This document shows, one piece after another, positions 39,149 through 50,029 of a stretch of DNA of 64,000 nt (its first letter is position 1; each line of letters opens with the position of its first letter). This DNA is from Candidatus Hydrothermarchaeum profundi (GTDB taxonomy: Archaea > Hydrothermarchaeota > Hydrothermarchaeia > Hydrothermarchaeales > Hydrothermarchaeaceae). The stretch is from NCBI GenBank assembly GCA_002011125.2, contig MTMF02000009.1, positions 1,576,989 to 1,640,988 on the forward strand, in the 5' to 3' direction. The notes below the pieces were generated by a model, which saw only the letters and a list, made by a program, of their open reading frames with translations, ran no database searches and was not told the origin of the DNA. Both the position numbers and the translations under genes were made by a program.

Positions 39149-40180
39149 TCAATATTTTAATATAAAGTCTTTACCCTTTATTCTAACACCAGGACCCTCG
39201 TCCACAGAACCTATTTTATAGGCTCTAGTGCCATATTTCTCGCAAATACCAATCACTTCATCTACATCATCAGTAGAAGTTACAATACAGAACCCTACGC
39301 CCATATTAAAGGTTCTGTACATCTCCTTATCTGTTACATTTCCAATCTTTTGAATAATCCTGAAAACTTTAGGAGGCTGTGGAAGAGAATCCAAAAAAAA
39401 ACCATACTTAGTCAATCTAGTAAGATTTCCAAGCCCCCCACCTGTTATGTTCGCTAAACCTTTTACGTTTACTATTTTTATTGCTTCTAATACTTCCTTC
39501 ACATATATCTTAGTCGGCTCTAATAGCTCTTCACCAACTGTTCTATCCCCAAGCCGATCATCTATATCATATTTACTTAACAAAACTTTTCTCGCCAACG
39601 TTAACCCATTGCTATGGATGCCAGAGCTTTCTAAACCGATAACAACATCTCCAGGACAGATATTTTCGCCATTGATAACCTTATCTGTTTCCACCAAACC
39701 TATTATGAATCCTCCTAAGTCGAGGCCTGTTATTATTTCTGGAAGCGTAGCTAACTCTCCTCCAGAGATGGAGATGCCTGCCTTCTTAGCGCCGAGAGCT
39801 AATCCTTTCGCGATTTCAGTAGCAATCTCTGGCTCTGGCCTTTCCATCGCGAGGTAATCAACAAGCGTTAGCGGCTCTGCACCAAGGCAGATTACATCAT
39901 TTGCGTTCATAGCGATTAAGTCAATACCGATCGTATCATATTTCTTAAGCATCTGTGCTACAAGGATTTTAGATCCTACGCCGTCGGCACTGATAGCAAG
40001 CGCTTGCGTGTTATTTATTTTAATTAAACCGGCAAAATGACCTTCAATGGGTATACTTTCCCCGATTTTTCCCTTCCTAATCCGCGTGGTCTCTTTAAGC
40101 TTTGAAACTATAGCCTTAATAGCTAAATTCTCAAGATCTATGTCCACCCCTGCCTTCGAATACGTCATTCCAGCATCCAT
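39149..40180 (-). CDS. purM: Phosphoribosylformylglycinamidine cyclo-ligase (AIR synthetase)
   Basis: TY..AGVD, DGVGSK, SSGIHSNG, TFNMG. Confidence 0.95.
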   Translation of the reverse strand: MDAGMTYSKAGVDIDLENLAIKAIVSKLKETTRIRKGKIGESIPIEGHFAGLIKINNTQALAISADGVGSKILVAQMLKKYDTIGIDLIAMNANDVICLGAEPLTLVDYLAMERPEPEIATEIAKGLALGAKKAGISISGGELATLPEIITGLDLGGFIIGLVETDKVINGENICPGDVVIGLESSGIHSNGLTLARKVLLSKYDIDDRLGDRTVGEELLEPTKIYVKEVLEAIKIVNVKGLANITGGGLGNLTRLTKYGFFLDSLPQPPKVFRIIQKIGNVTDKEMYRTFNMGVGFCIVTSTDDVDEVIGICEKYGTRAYKIGSVDEGPGVRIKGKDFILKY

Positions 40181-40222
40181 GAAACATTAATTGCTAGAAT
40201 GCTTATATAAATCCTTTTTGAA

Positions 40223-42151
40223 TTACTTAACCCGGATAACATCAAGATTCCTAGGCGCTCTACTCTCTGCCTTGAAGATCCTGTGAAAAGCAGATGCAAG
40301 CTCTGTACACTTTGATTCTTCTCCATGACAGGTGATTATTCTTTCAGGCTTCGGATTTATCCGCCTTATATAACTTATAAGTTGACCCCTATCACTATGC
40401 CCAGAAAAACCTTCAATAGTGTGTACATCCATATTTATGTTAACCACCTTAGTCTTACCGTCTTCATTCATGCGTATTTCTTTCCATCCCTTTTGTATTC
40501 TTCGACCCATACTCCCCTCTGCTTGGTATCCCACGAAAATCAGGCTATTTTTCTCATCCTCAGCTAAACTTTTGAAATACTCTATTACGGGCCCACCCGC
40601 CAACATACCTGATGTTGAGATAACTATACTTGGGTCGCCATCTATTACCTCTTTTCTCATCGCAGGCCCATTTACTTTTTTAAAATATTCGGCCAAAAAA
40701 GGATTCTTTCCTCTATGGAATATCTGGTTTCTTAATTCTTTATTTAGATACTCAGGATAAGTAGTATGTATACCCGTGGCTTCCCAAATCATGCCATCAA
40801 GATATACCGGTGCTTCAGTTACTGCTCCTTTGCTCATATAGTCCTCTAGAGCTACCATAAGTTCCTGCGCTCTTCCCACCGAGAACGCTGGAACCAGTAC
40901 CTTGCCCCCTCTTTTTAGGGTTTCGTCGATAACTTTCATTAATTCTTTTTCTGCGCTCTTCCTTGAAGGTTGAGTATCTTTTTTGCTTCCATAAGTGCTT
41001 TCCACTATAAGGGTTTCAAGTCTGGGGAACCTTGGATTCGCAGGCTCTAAAAGCCGTGACCTCTCAAACTTTAAATCACCGGTATACGCTAGGTTATACA
41101 ATCCGTCCCCTATATGAAAATGCGCTATCGATGAGCCTAAGATATGACCTGCGTTATGAAGGGTTAATTTTATATCAGGCGAAATATCAGTTACCTCACC
41201 ATACTCTAGGGGTATAACGTATTTAACCATCTCTTTAATGAATTTTCTAGGGTAAGGGAGATCTTTTCCTTCTCTTTCAACCACATCTAAATAATCCCAA
41301 TGAAGTAAAAACATTAAATCCCGGGTGGGGGGGGTACAGTATACAGGCCCCTTATACCCCATATAGTATAGATAAGGCACAAAACCGCAATGATCCAAGT
41401 GCGCATGAGTTACTATAACTGCATCAAGCTCCTGTAAATTAAATTCCGGTACGCTCAAGAAAGGGAATGCACTTCCATTATCGCTGGCAGCGACATTAAC
41501 ACCGCAATCAATCAGCACTCTGCTCTCCTGCGTTTGAAGAAAAATTGATGTCCTGCCTACTTCCCTAAATCCCCCGAGAGCCCCGAGCCTAATCCACTGA
41601 ACCCCCCTATCTAGAGGCGTTCTATGGATTCTTTTACCCATACTTCTGAGGATTTCCTTGCGCTCATCACTTGATTTAAGCAAGAGGTGCCTAATGCTTT
41701 TAACTATCTTAGAGGGTATGGGGGGTGTTCTCCTAACACTTGGCGTCCAGCCGACCGCCATTTTAATTTCATTAAGTGTTACTCCTCCTTTCCCTATAAC
41801 TAACCCGGGCTTTACTGCCTCAATTAGTGCTTCACCAAAATTAGGGTCAAACTCTATATTCGTTATGCCTGCATCTTCCGGCACTATACTTTTGATCTTT
41901 TCAATAGCTTTTTCAGGTTCCTCTAACACGGACGGATCTGGTCTAATGACTATCCTCTTTCTTATTACCCTAGCAAGCTCTTTAACTATTTCTCCATTTT
42001 CTGCTAACACGGAAGGATTTTTTGAATAAAGTACAATCTCCGGACCCTCAAAGTCGACCTTGGTCATTAACGAAGCCGGGGGTACCGTATCCTTTATTAC
42101 CTTTTTTATTTCATTGAGACTTTCTTCAACTGCCATCTGTGGGCCCCTCAA
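40223..42151 (-). CDS. Archaeal beta-CASP ribonuclease aCPSF1 (KH + MBL)
   Basis: KPGLVIGKGG, HAHLDH, AGHILGS, FSGHSD. Confidence 0.95.
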   Translation of the reverse strand: MRGPQMAVEESLNEIKKVIKDTVPPASLMTKVDFEGPEIVLYSKNPSVLAENGEIVKELARVIRKRIVIRPDPSVLEEPEKAIEKIKSIVPEDAGITNIEFDPNFGEALIEAVKPGLVIGKGGVTLNEIKMAVGWTPSVRRTPPIPSKIVKSIRHLLLKSSDERKEILRSMGKRIHRTPLDRGVQWIRLGALGGFREVGRTSIFLQTQESRVLIDCGVNVAASDNGSAFPFLSVPEFNLQELDAVIVTHAHLDHCGFVPYLYYMGYKGPVYCTPPTRDLMFLLHWDYLDVVEREGKDLPYPRKFIKEMVKYVIPLEYGEVTDISPDIKLTLHNAGHILGSSIAHFHIGDGLYNLAYTGDLKFERSRLLEPANPRFPRLETLIVESTYGSKKDTQPSRKSAEKELMKVIDETLKRGGKVLVPAFSVGRAQELMVALEDYMSKGAVTEAPVYLDGMIWEATGIHTTYPEYLNKELRNQIFHRGKNPFLAEYFKKVNGPAMRKEVIDGDPSIVISTSGMLAGGPVIEYFKSLAEDEKNSLIFVGYQAEGSMGRRIQKGWKEIRMNEDGKTKVVNINMDVHTIEGFSGHSDRGQLISYIRRINPKPERIITCHGEESKCTELASAFHRIFKAESRAPRNLDVIRVK

Positions 42152-42168
42152 AAACTAGTAAAAGGGGA

Positions 42169-42807
42169 TTAAAGAGTCTTAATTAGCTCCTCTACTTCTT
42201 TTTCAGATAGTTTTTCAAAACCTTTCTTTGTAATTTTAACCACGTCAATCCCATTACCTGTCATTACATCCCTTTCCGTAGCAACTTTTATGGCTCTAAC
42301 TGCCAGCTTAATTCCTTCATCGACAGAGAGATCCTCTTTAAAGCTATCTTCTAGCAATCCCAGAGCCATCGGCGATCCAGAACCAGTAGCGAACATCTTG
42401 TCTTTAATAGCGCTTCCCAGGGGGTCAATCGAATAAAGACTAGCGCCTTCCTTATCATAACCGCCTAATATGAGTTGTACAATCATAGGGAAATACCTAT
42501 TTGAAAAAAGTATATTTCCTAGGAGCGTAGCTGCGGCTTTTACACTCATTTCCTCTCCCTTCCTCATTCTGAAAAGTTTAGCCTCAGCTTGCATCCATCT
42601 AATTAGAGCTTGGGCGTCAGCTACAGATCCAGCAACTGTTGCGCCTATATGCTTGTCTACCATGAAGCTCTTATGAACTATCTTATGGGCTACTAGTGTC
42701 CCCATTGTTGCCCTCTTATCCGAAGCAAACACAACTCCGTCTTTGCAAACGAGTCCTACTGTTGTTGTTCCTTTCATGTATTCTTTTACTTTTTCAAGAG
42801 TTTCCAT
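42169..42807 (-). CDS. psmB: Proteasome beta subunit
   Basis: KG-TTTVG processing site, GSVADAQ, TGSGS; adjacent to aCPSF1. Confidence 0.95.
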   Translation of the reverse strand: METLEKVKEYMKGTTTVGLVCKDGVVFASDKRATMGTLVAHKIVHKSFMVDKHIGATVAGSVADAQALIRWMQAEAKLFRMRKGEEMSVKAAATLLGNILFSNRYFPMIVQLILGGYDKEGASLYSIDPLGSAIKDKMFATGSGSPMALGLLEDSFKEDLSVDEGIKLAVRAIKVATERDVMTGNGIDVVKITKKGFEKLSEKEVEELIKTL

Positions 42808-42891
42808 TTCCTAACGCCTCCGAAAAAGAGTAAAATTAGTTGGAAGTCTCTTTCCCTACTCCTATATATAAAGGTTTTGCCATGTAAAAGC

Positions 42892-43677
42892 TTATTTAGA
42901 ACTAAGATACGGAGGGATGACTGCTTTCTTAATTTTATCGCATATAGTGTCAGCGAGGGGCTTTAGATTAATCACATCGTATTGGTTATATCTCACAAGT
43001 AAGTCAAGGGAATCTCTATCCCTATATTTCTCCCATCTTTTCCATAAACGGACTGCCTCATATCCGTCTATTGTACATATATCCTCTTCTCTAGAAATTC
43101 CAAGATCTCTCTCTATCTTTTTTAATCCGCCCTTTAAACCTACTCTCCTACCTGCGAAACATAGATCAAGATGCGGTATACCGAATTTAATAGAAGGAAA
43201 AGATCTGGATATAAAGGGGAGGTCAAAGGCAGAGCCATAAAAGGTTATAACCATAAGATACTTTGAAAGTTCTCTTTTCAAATTTTCTTCTGTTAAATTA
43301 ATCCCGTTAACAAAGGTCTTGGTATTCTTTCCATTATAGATACTGAGGACAGTTATTTTATGGTCTTTTCCTAAACCTGTAGTTTCTATATCAAGAAAAC
43401 AAGCCTTTCGTCCTAATTCATCGTATAACCTCCAATGCTCACTGCGAGGAAGCCTATAGCAAAAATAGTGGGGAATCTCTTTTTCTAAATGAAATAACGC
43501 CAATTCCAGCTCCTTATCATGTTTCTTTTTAACATCAACAGAAAGCCCATCTATCCTGTTCTGTGAAATAAAGTCGTCCCAAGTAAAGATTCCCTGACCC
43601 CATATCTTCCTTTCTTTTAAATATCCAACATTATCTAGAAGGATAAAACTATTTTTAATCATTCTATTTCTACTCAA
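42892..43677 (-). CDS. YprB-like RNase H-fold exonuclease
   Basis: FLDIETTG, FDLPF, GGLKKIE, YN..D. Confidence 0.85.
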   Translation of the reverse strand: MSRNRMIKNSFILLDNVGYLKERKIWGQGIFTWDDFISQNRIDGLSVDVKKKHDKELELALFHLEKEIPHYFCYRLPRSEHWRLYDELGRKACFLDIETTGLGKDHKITVLSIYNGKNTKTFVNGINLTEENLKRELSKYLMVITFYGSAFDLPFISRSFPSIKFGIPHLDLCFAGRRVGLKGGLKKIERDLGISREEDICTIDGYEAVRLWKRWEKYRDRDSLDLLVRYNQYDVINLKPLADTICDKIKKAVIPPYLSSK

Positions 43678-43855
43678 TGGTTTTTTCTAATTACCTTAGA
43701 GATAGGGAATAAGAAGTTGGTATTTATAGTTAGACAATAATTCGACTTACTCATACATAACTAGGAAGAAGCCTTTCACATTTTTATTTTAAGTGGTAGA
43801 GCTCCGAAAAAGTGGAAAATATTTATAGGGCCTTAAATTCAAATAAAGTAGGAGG

Positions 43856-44320
43856 GTGGTCATTATGCCATGGTGGGATCCATACGATGAAATAAAGGAG
43901 TTAGAGAGGAGGATGAATAGAATTTTTCGGGAATTTTGGAGTAAAGGTCCTAAAATGCTAGCTCCTAGCGGAGCTATTGAACCATACATGGAAGGTGTAG
44001 CTGAACCTCTCACCGATATACGGGAAACGGATAAAGAAGTAATAATAAAAGCCGATATCCCAGGAGTGGATAAAGCAGATATCAATATAAATGCTACCGA
44101 GGACAGTATAGAGATAAGCGCCGAGGCACAGAAGGAGATCGAGGAAGAAAAAGAAGGATACCATAGGAAAGAAAGGCGGTATAAAAAATTCTATAGGAGT
44201 TTCTCTCTTCCAGCCCCTGTAAATCCAGAAAAAGCTAAAGCTAAGTATAAGAACGGCGTACTCGAGATAAGACTTCCAAAAATTGAAACGAAAAAAGGCA
44301 AGAAAATACAGATCGAATGA
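43856..44320 (+). CDS. Small heat-shock protein Hsp20
   Basis: DIPGV.K, A.YKNGVLEI.LPK. Confidence 0.93.
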   Translation: MVIMPWWDPYDEIKELERRMNRIFREFWSKGPKMLAPSGAIEPYMEGVAEPLTDIRETDKEVIIKADIPGVDKADININATEDSIEISAEAQKEIEEEKEGYHRKERRYKKFYRSFSLPAPVNPEKAKAKYKNGVLEIRLPKIETKKGKKIQIE

Positions 44321-44383
44321 GCTTAATAAAAGCTTTTCACCATCTACGAATGCTTTAAATACACTTTACAGCAATCTGCATTC

Positions 44384-45481
44384 ATGCCCTATAAGATTAA
44401 TCCTAGCGTAAAGGAAATTCCCAGGTATATACCCGGTAAAAGTAAAGAAGAGATAGCCGAAGAATATGGGCTCAAAATCGAAGATATAATAAAGCTAGCT
44501 TCTAATGAGAATCCACTAGGCCCCCCTCCTCTAGCCATTAAAGCTTTAACAGAAAGCATTTGGGAAGTAGCTACTTACCCTGAAGAGGATGCTGGAGAGC
44601 TAAGATCAGAGATAGCAAGATACCTAGGACTTAAAAAGGAGAATATAATAGCAGGCAATGGCTCAGATGAAATCTTAGACTTGGTAACTAAAATCTTTTT
44701 AGAAAAAGGAGATCAAGCTATTATCCCAGTCCCTACTTTCTCTATGTACGCTAGTCTTGTGAAGATATATTCGGGACAGCCCATTTTCGTTCAATTAGAT
44801 AAGAACTTTAACTTCAATACTGAGAAAATAGTAGAAAGCATCTCTGAAAAGACAAAGCTGATTTTTATATGCTCACCGAATAACCCGACTGGCACTAAGA
44901 TACCAGATGAGGGATTACTCAGGATTTTAGAGGAGGATGTGATCGTTATACTTGACGAGGCATATGTAGAGTTTTCTGACATCTCGAATATTGATAAGAT
45001 AAAGGAATATGAAAACCTTATAGTATGCAGGACATTCTCGAAGGCTTTTGGATTAGCAGGATTAAGGGTGGGATATGGAGTAGCTCCTAAGCAGATTATA
45101 GATTTGATGCTGAGGATTAAGACTCCTTTTAGTGTCAATCTTTTAGCTCAGAAGGCAGCGATAGCCTCACTAAAGGATAAAAAACATCTCGAAAATACAA
45201 TTAGGTTAATAAAGGAACAGAGAAAGTTCCTAATATCTAACCTATCCAAAATTCCAAAAATAAAAGTTTATCCCTCATATGGAAACTTTGTTTTAGTGGA
45301 CGTTAAAGAAACAGGTAAAAACTCTAAAAAGGTAGCCGATGCATTACTTAAGAGAGGGATTATTATAAGGGACTGTTCTTCTTTCTACGGCATGGATGAC
45401 CACCATATTAGGGTGAGCATAGGAAAGCCAGAGGAGAATAAGAAGTTCTTAGAGGCCTTGAAGGAGGTTATAAGCACATAA
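44384..45481 (+). CDS. hisC: Histidinol-phosphate aminotransferase
   Basis: KLASNENP, GNGSDE, PNNPTG, RTFSKAFGLAGLRVG. Confidence 0.9.
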   Translation: MPYKINPSVKEIPRYIPGKSKEEIAEEYGLKIEDIIKLASNENPLGPPPLAIKALTESIWEVATYPEEDAGELRSEIARYLGLKKENIIAGNGSDEILDLVTKIFLEKGDQAIIPVPTFSMYASLVKIYSGQPIFVQLDKNFNFNTEKIVESISEKTKLIFICSPNNPTGTKIPDEGLLRILEEDVIVILDEAYVEFSDISNIDKIKEYENLIVCRTFSKAFGLAGLRVGYGVAPKQIIDLMLRIKTPFSVNLLAQKAAIASLKDKKHLENTIRLIKEQRKFLISNLSKIPKIKVYPSYGNFVLVDVKETGKNSKKVADALLKRGIIIRDCSSFYGMDDHHIRVSIGKPEENKKFLEALKEVIST

Positions 45482-45496
45482 GATAGTCACAAACTT

Positions 45497-47092
45497 CTAG
45501 GGTTTCCATTCCATATTTTTTTCAACAAAACTCTTATAGTCTTCTATTTCCTCTCTCATACGCTGAGTATCCCATCCCAAAAGCCCTGCCATGTGCTCTG
45601 CAATTCGAGTGGCTATTTGAATATCGCATCCCCTGAAATAAAATCCAAGCCGCCTAACAATGACATCAGAAAGCCTCCGTGCAAACTCCAATTCTACAGC
45701 AAGATTAACTTCCGCCCATATGTATGGGTGCCTTGGAGAAATCCTATCCTTTAACTTTGGGTTTTCTCTTATGAGTTCGCCAATTTTTACAATCTCTTCC
45801 TTATCATATATCTTAAGTAGATGCTTTTTGATATCATCTTCAAGTTCAAGCGGAACTTGCGAGATTTGTTCTTTAAGCTTAATAGACTCTGTGGCACACC
45901 TTTCACTAGTTAAAATATCCACCACATCCTTAGCCATAACTCTATATGTCGTAAGCTTCCCTCCAGTTAAAGTGATCACTCCTTCCGGTTCTTCAATAAT
46001 CCTATGTTCCCTTGAAACCTCTGAAACAGAAGTTTTCTCATCAACTAGGGGTCTTACTCCCGAATAAGTGGCTATAATATCCTTGTACATAATATTGGCG
46101 TTAGGGAAATAACGATTCACTACCTCTATCAAGTAATTCACCTCTTCTAAACTGACTACCGCATTGTCAGGCGAGGATTGATGTTCTATTTCCGTAGTAC
46201 CCACTATTACGAGGTCATCCCAAGGTATAGCAAAAGTGAGTCTGCCATCAATAGCTTCCATAACTATAGCATTCCTTATCTGAATTTTCTCTCGGGATAA
46301 AACAATATGGGAACCCTTACTAGGCTTAAGCATTTTACTCTGTATACCCATCTTTGCTCTTATTATATCAGCCCAAGGGCCAGCAGTAATCACGATCTTT
46401 TTAGAAAAAATCTTAGATTCGCTTCCATCGATTCTGTCAACAATTGTAGCTCCAACGATTTTATTCCCCTCCTTTATGAACTCTTTAACGTATGCGTAAT
46501 TTAAACATCTCGCACCATTTTCTCGGGCTTTCTTTAATACATTCAACGTCAACTTAAAATCCAGCCCAAATGCGTCCCAATAAACTGCGCCTCCGCTTAA
46601 GCCATTAGGATTCAGACCGGGTTCTATTTTGAGAATTTCCTGCTTGCTCAGGATCTTATGTGGTTTAATTTTACGTTTACCTGCAAGTAAGTCGTATGCA
46701 AGCACAGATAAGCGGAGGGCTAGAGGGGCTTTTAATAGCTCCATAATTGTATACCCCTCCGGATCAACGACCCATTTGAATAGCCTACCGATATGTTTAA
46801 GCTGCTTATTATAAACAGGAACCAAAAACGGGAGCGGCTCTACTATCCCGGGAGCTAAATTCAGGAGAAGTCCTCTTTCATGCAGTGCCTCAAAAACTAG
46901 CTTAAAGTCCCTATTTTTGAGATATCTAAATCCACCATGTATAAGTTTGGATGACGCACTGCTCGTTCCACTCGCAAAATCGTCTTTTTCAACAAGTATT
47001 ACCTTTAAACCTCTGGAAGCGGCATCTAAAGCTACCCCCGCTCCACTTATCCCCCCTCCGATTACCAGTAAATCTGTATTTTCTTCAATCAA
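45497..47092 (-). CDS. glpD: FAD-dependent glycerol-3-phosphate dehydrogenase
   Basis: IGGGISG, GTSS.SSKLIHGG.RYL, GVRPL, GGKLTTYR. Confidence 0.88.
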   Translation of the reverse strand: MIEENTDLLVIGGGISGAGVALDAASRGLKVILVEKDDFASGTSSASSKLIHGGFRYLKNRDFKLVFEALHERGLLLNLAPGIVEPLPFLVPVYNKQLKHIGRLFKWVVDPEGYTIMELLKAPLALRLSVLAYDLLAGKRKIKPHKILSKQEILKIEPGLNPNGLSGGAVYWDAFGLDFKLTLNVLKKARENGARCLNYAYVKEFIKEGNKIVGATIVDRIDGSESKIFSKKIVITAGPWADIIRAKMGIQSKMLKPSKGSHIVLSREKIQIRNAIVMEAIDGRLTFAIPWDDLVIVGTTEIEHQSSPDNAVVSLEEVNYLIEVVNRYFPNANIMYKDIIATYSGVRPLVDEKTSVSEVSREHRIIEEPEGVITLTGGKLTTYRVMAKDVVDILTSERCATESIKLKEQISQVPLELEDDIKKHLLKIYDKEEIVKIGELIRENPKLKDRISPRHPYIWAEVNLAVELEFARRLSDVIVRRLGFYFRGCDIQIATRIAEHMAGLLGWDTQRMREEIEDYKSFVEKNMEWKP

Positions 47093-47209
47093 TTTTCACA
47101 CTTCCCTCACTGCTTACGGACTCTTTTCGGAAACCTTTATAAGACGGTATAAAATCCCAACATAAATTGCTGAACAATATTTAGAATTACTCTTACTAAG
47201 GGATGATAA

Positions 47210-47983
47210 ATGAAAGAATATAAAGGTTACATTTTTGATATGGACGGCGTGATCTACACGGGGAAAAAGCTTATTCCTGGAGCGATCGAGGCGTTAGAAT
47301 TTCTTAAAAACAGAGAGAAAAAAATTGTATTTGTAAGTAATAATTCAACCCGATCCCGCGAGGATTACGCTGAAAGAATTGCTGATATGGGACTCCCTAT
47401 TAAATTAGAGGAAATCATCCCGGCTACATATGCTACAGCCCAATATCTGGCTGAAAATCATTCTGAGAAGAGAATCTTTGTCATTGGGTCACTTGGACTA
47501 ATAAAAGAACTTCTCAAAGTGGATCTTAGAATCGAAGAAACCGCAGAAAAAGCAGATATTCTAGTGACCGGCTCGGATTTAAATATTAGCTATCAAAAAC
47601 TAAGCTATGGTACCTCTCTTTTACTAAGAGATGCGCTTTGGGTTACCACAAATACCGATAAACTTTATCCATCCGAATCAGGCATGATCCCGGGAACTGG
47701 CGCTGTGGTAGGTGCCCTACAATATGTAACTGGGAGAACTCCTGATGTAATAATAGGTAAGCCCTCAAAGCCTATTATGGAACAGGCTTTAAAGGCATTG
47801 GGGTTAGATAAGAATGACTGCCTTATGGTAGGGGACATAATCGAAAGTGATGTACTAGCCGGTAGAAATATTGGGATGGATACTGCACTAGTCTTAACGG
47901 GAGTAACAAGCTTAAAAGACGTAGAAAAAACAAATACAAAACCTGACTATATTTTAGAGAGTATAAAGGATCTGGTGAGTTAA
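47210..47983 (+). CDS. HAD-IIA (NagD-like) phosphatase
   Basis: DMDGV, SNNS, GKP, GD...SD. Confidence 0.9.
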   Translation: MKEYKGYIFDMDGVIYTGKKLIPGAIEALEFLKNREKKIVFVSNNSTRSREDYAERIADMGLPIKLEEIIPATYATAQYLAENHSEKRIFVIGSLGLIKELLKVDLRIEETAEKADILVTGSDLNISYQKLSYGTSLLLRDALWVTTNTDKLYPSESGMIPGTGAVVGALQYVTGRTPDVIIGKPSKPIMEQALKALGLDKNDCLMVGDIIESDVLAGRNIGMDTALVLTGVTSLKDVEKTNTKPDYILESIKDLVS

Positions 47984-47985
47984 AA

Positions 47986-49215
47986 ATGTTAGAGGAATTT
48001 TTAGAAGATCGGTTTTCAAGAACCTTAGAAACGGCTAAAAAGATAGTCTCATCAAATAAATACGATAATGTAAAAATAGTGCACCATAATGATGCTGACG
48101 GGCTCTGTGCTGCGGCTATTTTGTATAAAACCTTCTCCCATATTAACATAGAGCCCAAGATGTTCTGTATTGAAAGATTCCACCCAGCGGTTACTAAAAA
48201 AGTTCATGCGGAAGGAAATTCGCTGATTATCTACACCGACTTAGGAGCCATGGTCGGAGATATAATCAAAGAAACAGACAATGAAAGGAATTTAGTGCTT
48301 ATTTTAGACCATCACCCAGCTAGGGAAGTCCAAGGAAAGAAAATAATGGCGATAAACCCTGAACTCGCTGGTATAAGTGGCGACATGTTTATTTCAGCGT
48401 CAACGATCTGCTATTTATTTAGCCGATATTATTTGGATACAGAAATAGAGGGTACTGCCTCTCTTTCTGTAATAGGCTCTGTAGGAGACTACCATGATAG
48501 ATCGGGTGGAGTTCTCGGCTATGACCGTTATATCTTAGAGTTAGCAGCAAGGAATAATGAGGCTAAAATAAAGATTATGGGAGGGAAAGAAAAATACTTC
48601 ATGACTAAATTCAATGAATATGCTGATGTTATCGCAGACTGCCTCACAACCCTTGGATCAGTAGGATATTATAATGGGGATTTTAAACTGGGACTTGACA
48701 CAGCTTTGAATGGAGTAACGGACAAAGTAATAAATCGCGTGGAAGAACTTAAAAAGCTTAGGAGAAAAAAGTTCGAGAAAACCATAAAAAAACTCAAGGA
48801 TAACGGATTGAGAAAAGAAAGATATGTACAGTGGTTTCATGTAGGTAGAAGTTTTATGCCTATGGGGGTTAAGGTTATCGGGCTTTTCTGTCATACGATC
48901 AAAGACATGAGCTTTATCGATGAAGATAAGTTTGTAGCCGGCTTCCAAGAATTTGTTCCCGAACTTCCCGGAATAGGCAGAATAGATTGGGAAGGCGCAA
49001 AAGTGAGCTTTAGAGCACCCGCGCCCTTAGAGAGGAAAGTACTCTCTGGAAAAGTTCCCGGGTTAGATGTTACCCTTCCTATAGCGACAGACCGAGTCGG
49101 CGGCATCGCAGATGCCAGCCATAGGATTGCCGCAGCTTCTCTGGTAAAAAAGAACACAGAAGAAAAACTTATACAAGAATGGGAAGCCGTTACGGATGAA
49201 TTAAGCCAAAATTAA
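47986..49215 (+). CDS. DHH-family phosphoesterase
   Basis: HNDADG, TDLG, LDHH. Confidence 0.8.
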   Translation: MLEEFLEDRFSRTLETAKKIVSSNKYDNVKIVHHNDADGLCAAAILYKTFSHINIEPKMFCIERFHPAVTKKVHAEGNSLIIYTDLGAMVGDIIKETDNERNLVLILDHHPAREVQGKKIMAINPELAGISGDMFISASTICYLFSRYYLDTEIEGTASLSVIGSVGDYHDRSGGVLGYDRYILELAARNNEAKIKIMGGKEKYFMTKFNEYADVIADCLTTLGSVGYYNGDFKLGLDTALNGVTDKVINRVEELKKLRRKKFEKTIKKLKDNGLRKERYVQWFHVGRSFMPMGVKVIGLFCHTIKDMSFIDEDKFVAGFQEFVPELPGIGRIDWEGAKVSFRAPAPLERKVLSGKVPGLDVTLPIATDRVGGIADASHRIAAASLVKKNTEEKLIQEWEAVTDELSQN

Positions 49216-49432
49216 GTTGTTCCTATTTACCTTCCGCTAGTTTTTTATCCTCCTCTCGCTGGCTCATACTTCCTTAAAGTCTGGCTGTTTATCGCTCCAC
49301 CTATAACCTTCTCTCCCGGCTTCTTACGAGTACAACATCCCCTGATCTGAGTGCGGATACAGAAACGTATTTAAAAGAGCTGAGAAGAGCTACGGGAATC
49401 GAACCTAAGTAAAGAGCAAATGCGGTCGCGTC

Positions 49433-49978
49433 TTAATCGGTGGTGGACGCGCCGACTACCACAATCTCCTGTCGTTCAAATAACAATACGGTCCAAAGCT
49501 GCGCTCCCCACCACTCCTTACCCTGGTCAAAGTAACTGCTCCAGTTCGTGTCCCAGGAATATATCACAAATCTTTCTTTAAAGTCATGAAAAACCTCATG
49601 AAAGATCTGCAGGAACAGTTTATTCTTCTCTTCTTCGGTCATCTCAAGCGGGTATGGCGGCTGTGCGAAGGCTTGCGCATAGCCCTTTACCGGGATCATA
49701 TCAACACGGACTAATGTTTTCTTTTTGTGGTCAAAACCTGGTCCGAGAAACTCATCCAGAGATATCCCTCTCCCTGAAAACGTTTCCTTATACGTCTCAA
49801 ATTCACGCAACGCTTCTCGTACAGCCTCCTTACACAAATCGGCAGGACTTTTATCAAAAACAGAAAATGAAAATAAAAAATGGTCAAGATGCCAGACCTT
49901 TTTAAGCAGTTTCTCGACTCTGGGAGAAAATTCTTTTTTGTTCATTTGATATTTCCTGTTTATCTGGATATTACTCAC
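49433..49978 (-). CDS. Hypothetical protein, cargo of the tRNA-adjacent islet
   Basis: 181 aa ORF with C-terminal WSSYFD.G.EWWG...ASTTD. Confidence 0.65.
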   Translation of the reverse strand: MSNIQINRKYQMNKKEFSPRVEKLLKKVWHLDHFLFSFSVFDKSPADLCKEAVREALREFETYKETFSGRGISLDEFLGPGFDHKKKTLVRVDMIPVKGYAQAFAQPPYPLEMTEEEKNKLFLQIFHEVFHDFKERFVIYSWDTNWSSYFDQGKEWWGAQLWTVLLFERQEIVVVGASTTD

Positions 49979-50029
49979 ATGTAAGAGCCTTTTTTAATAA
50001 GGTTTACGGTTTAAATCCTACTGCGTGCT

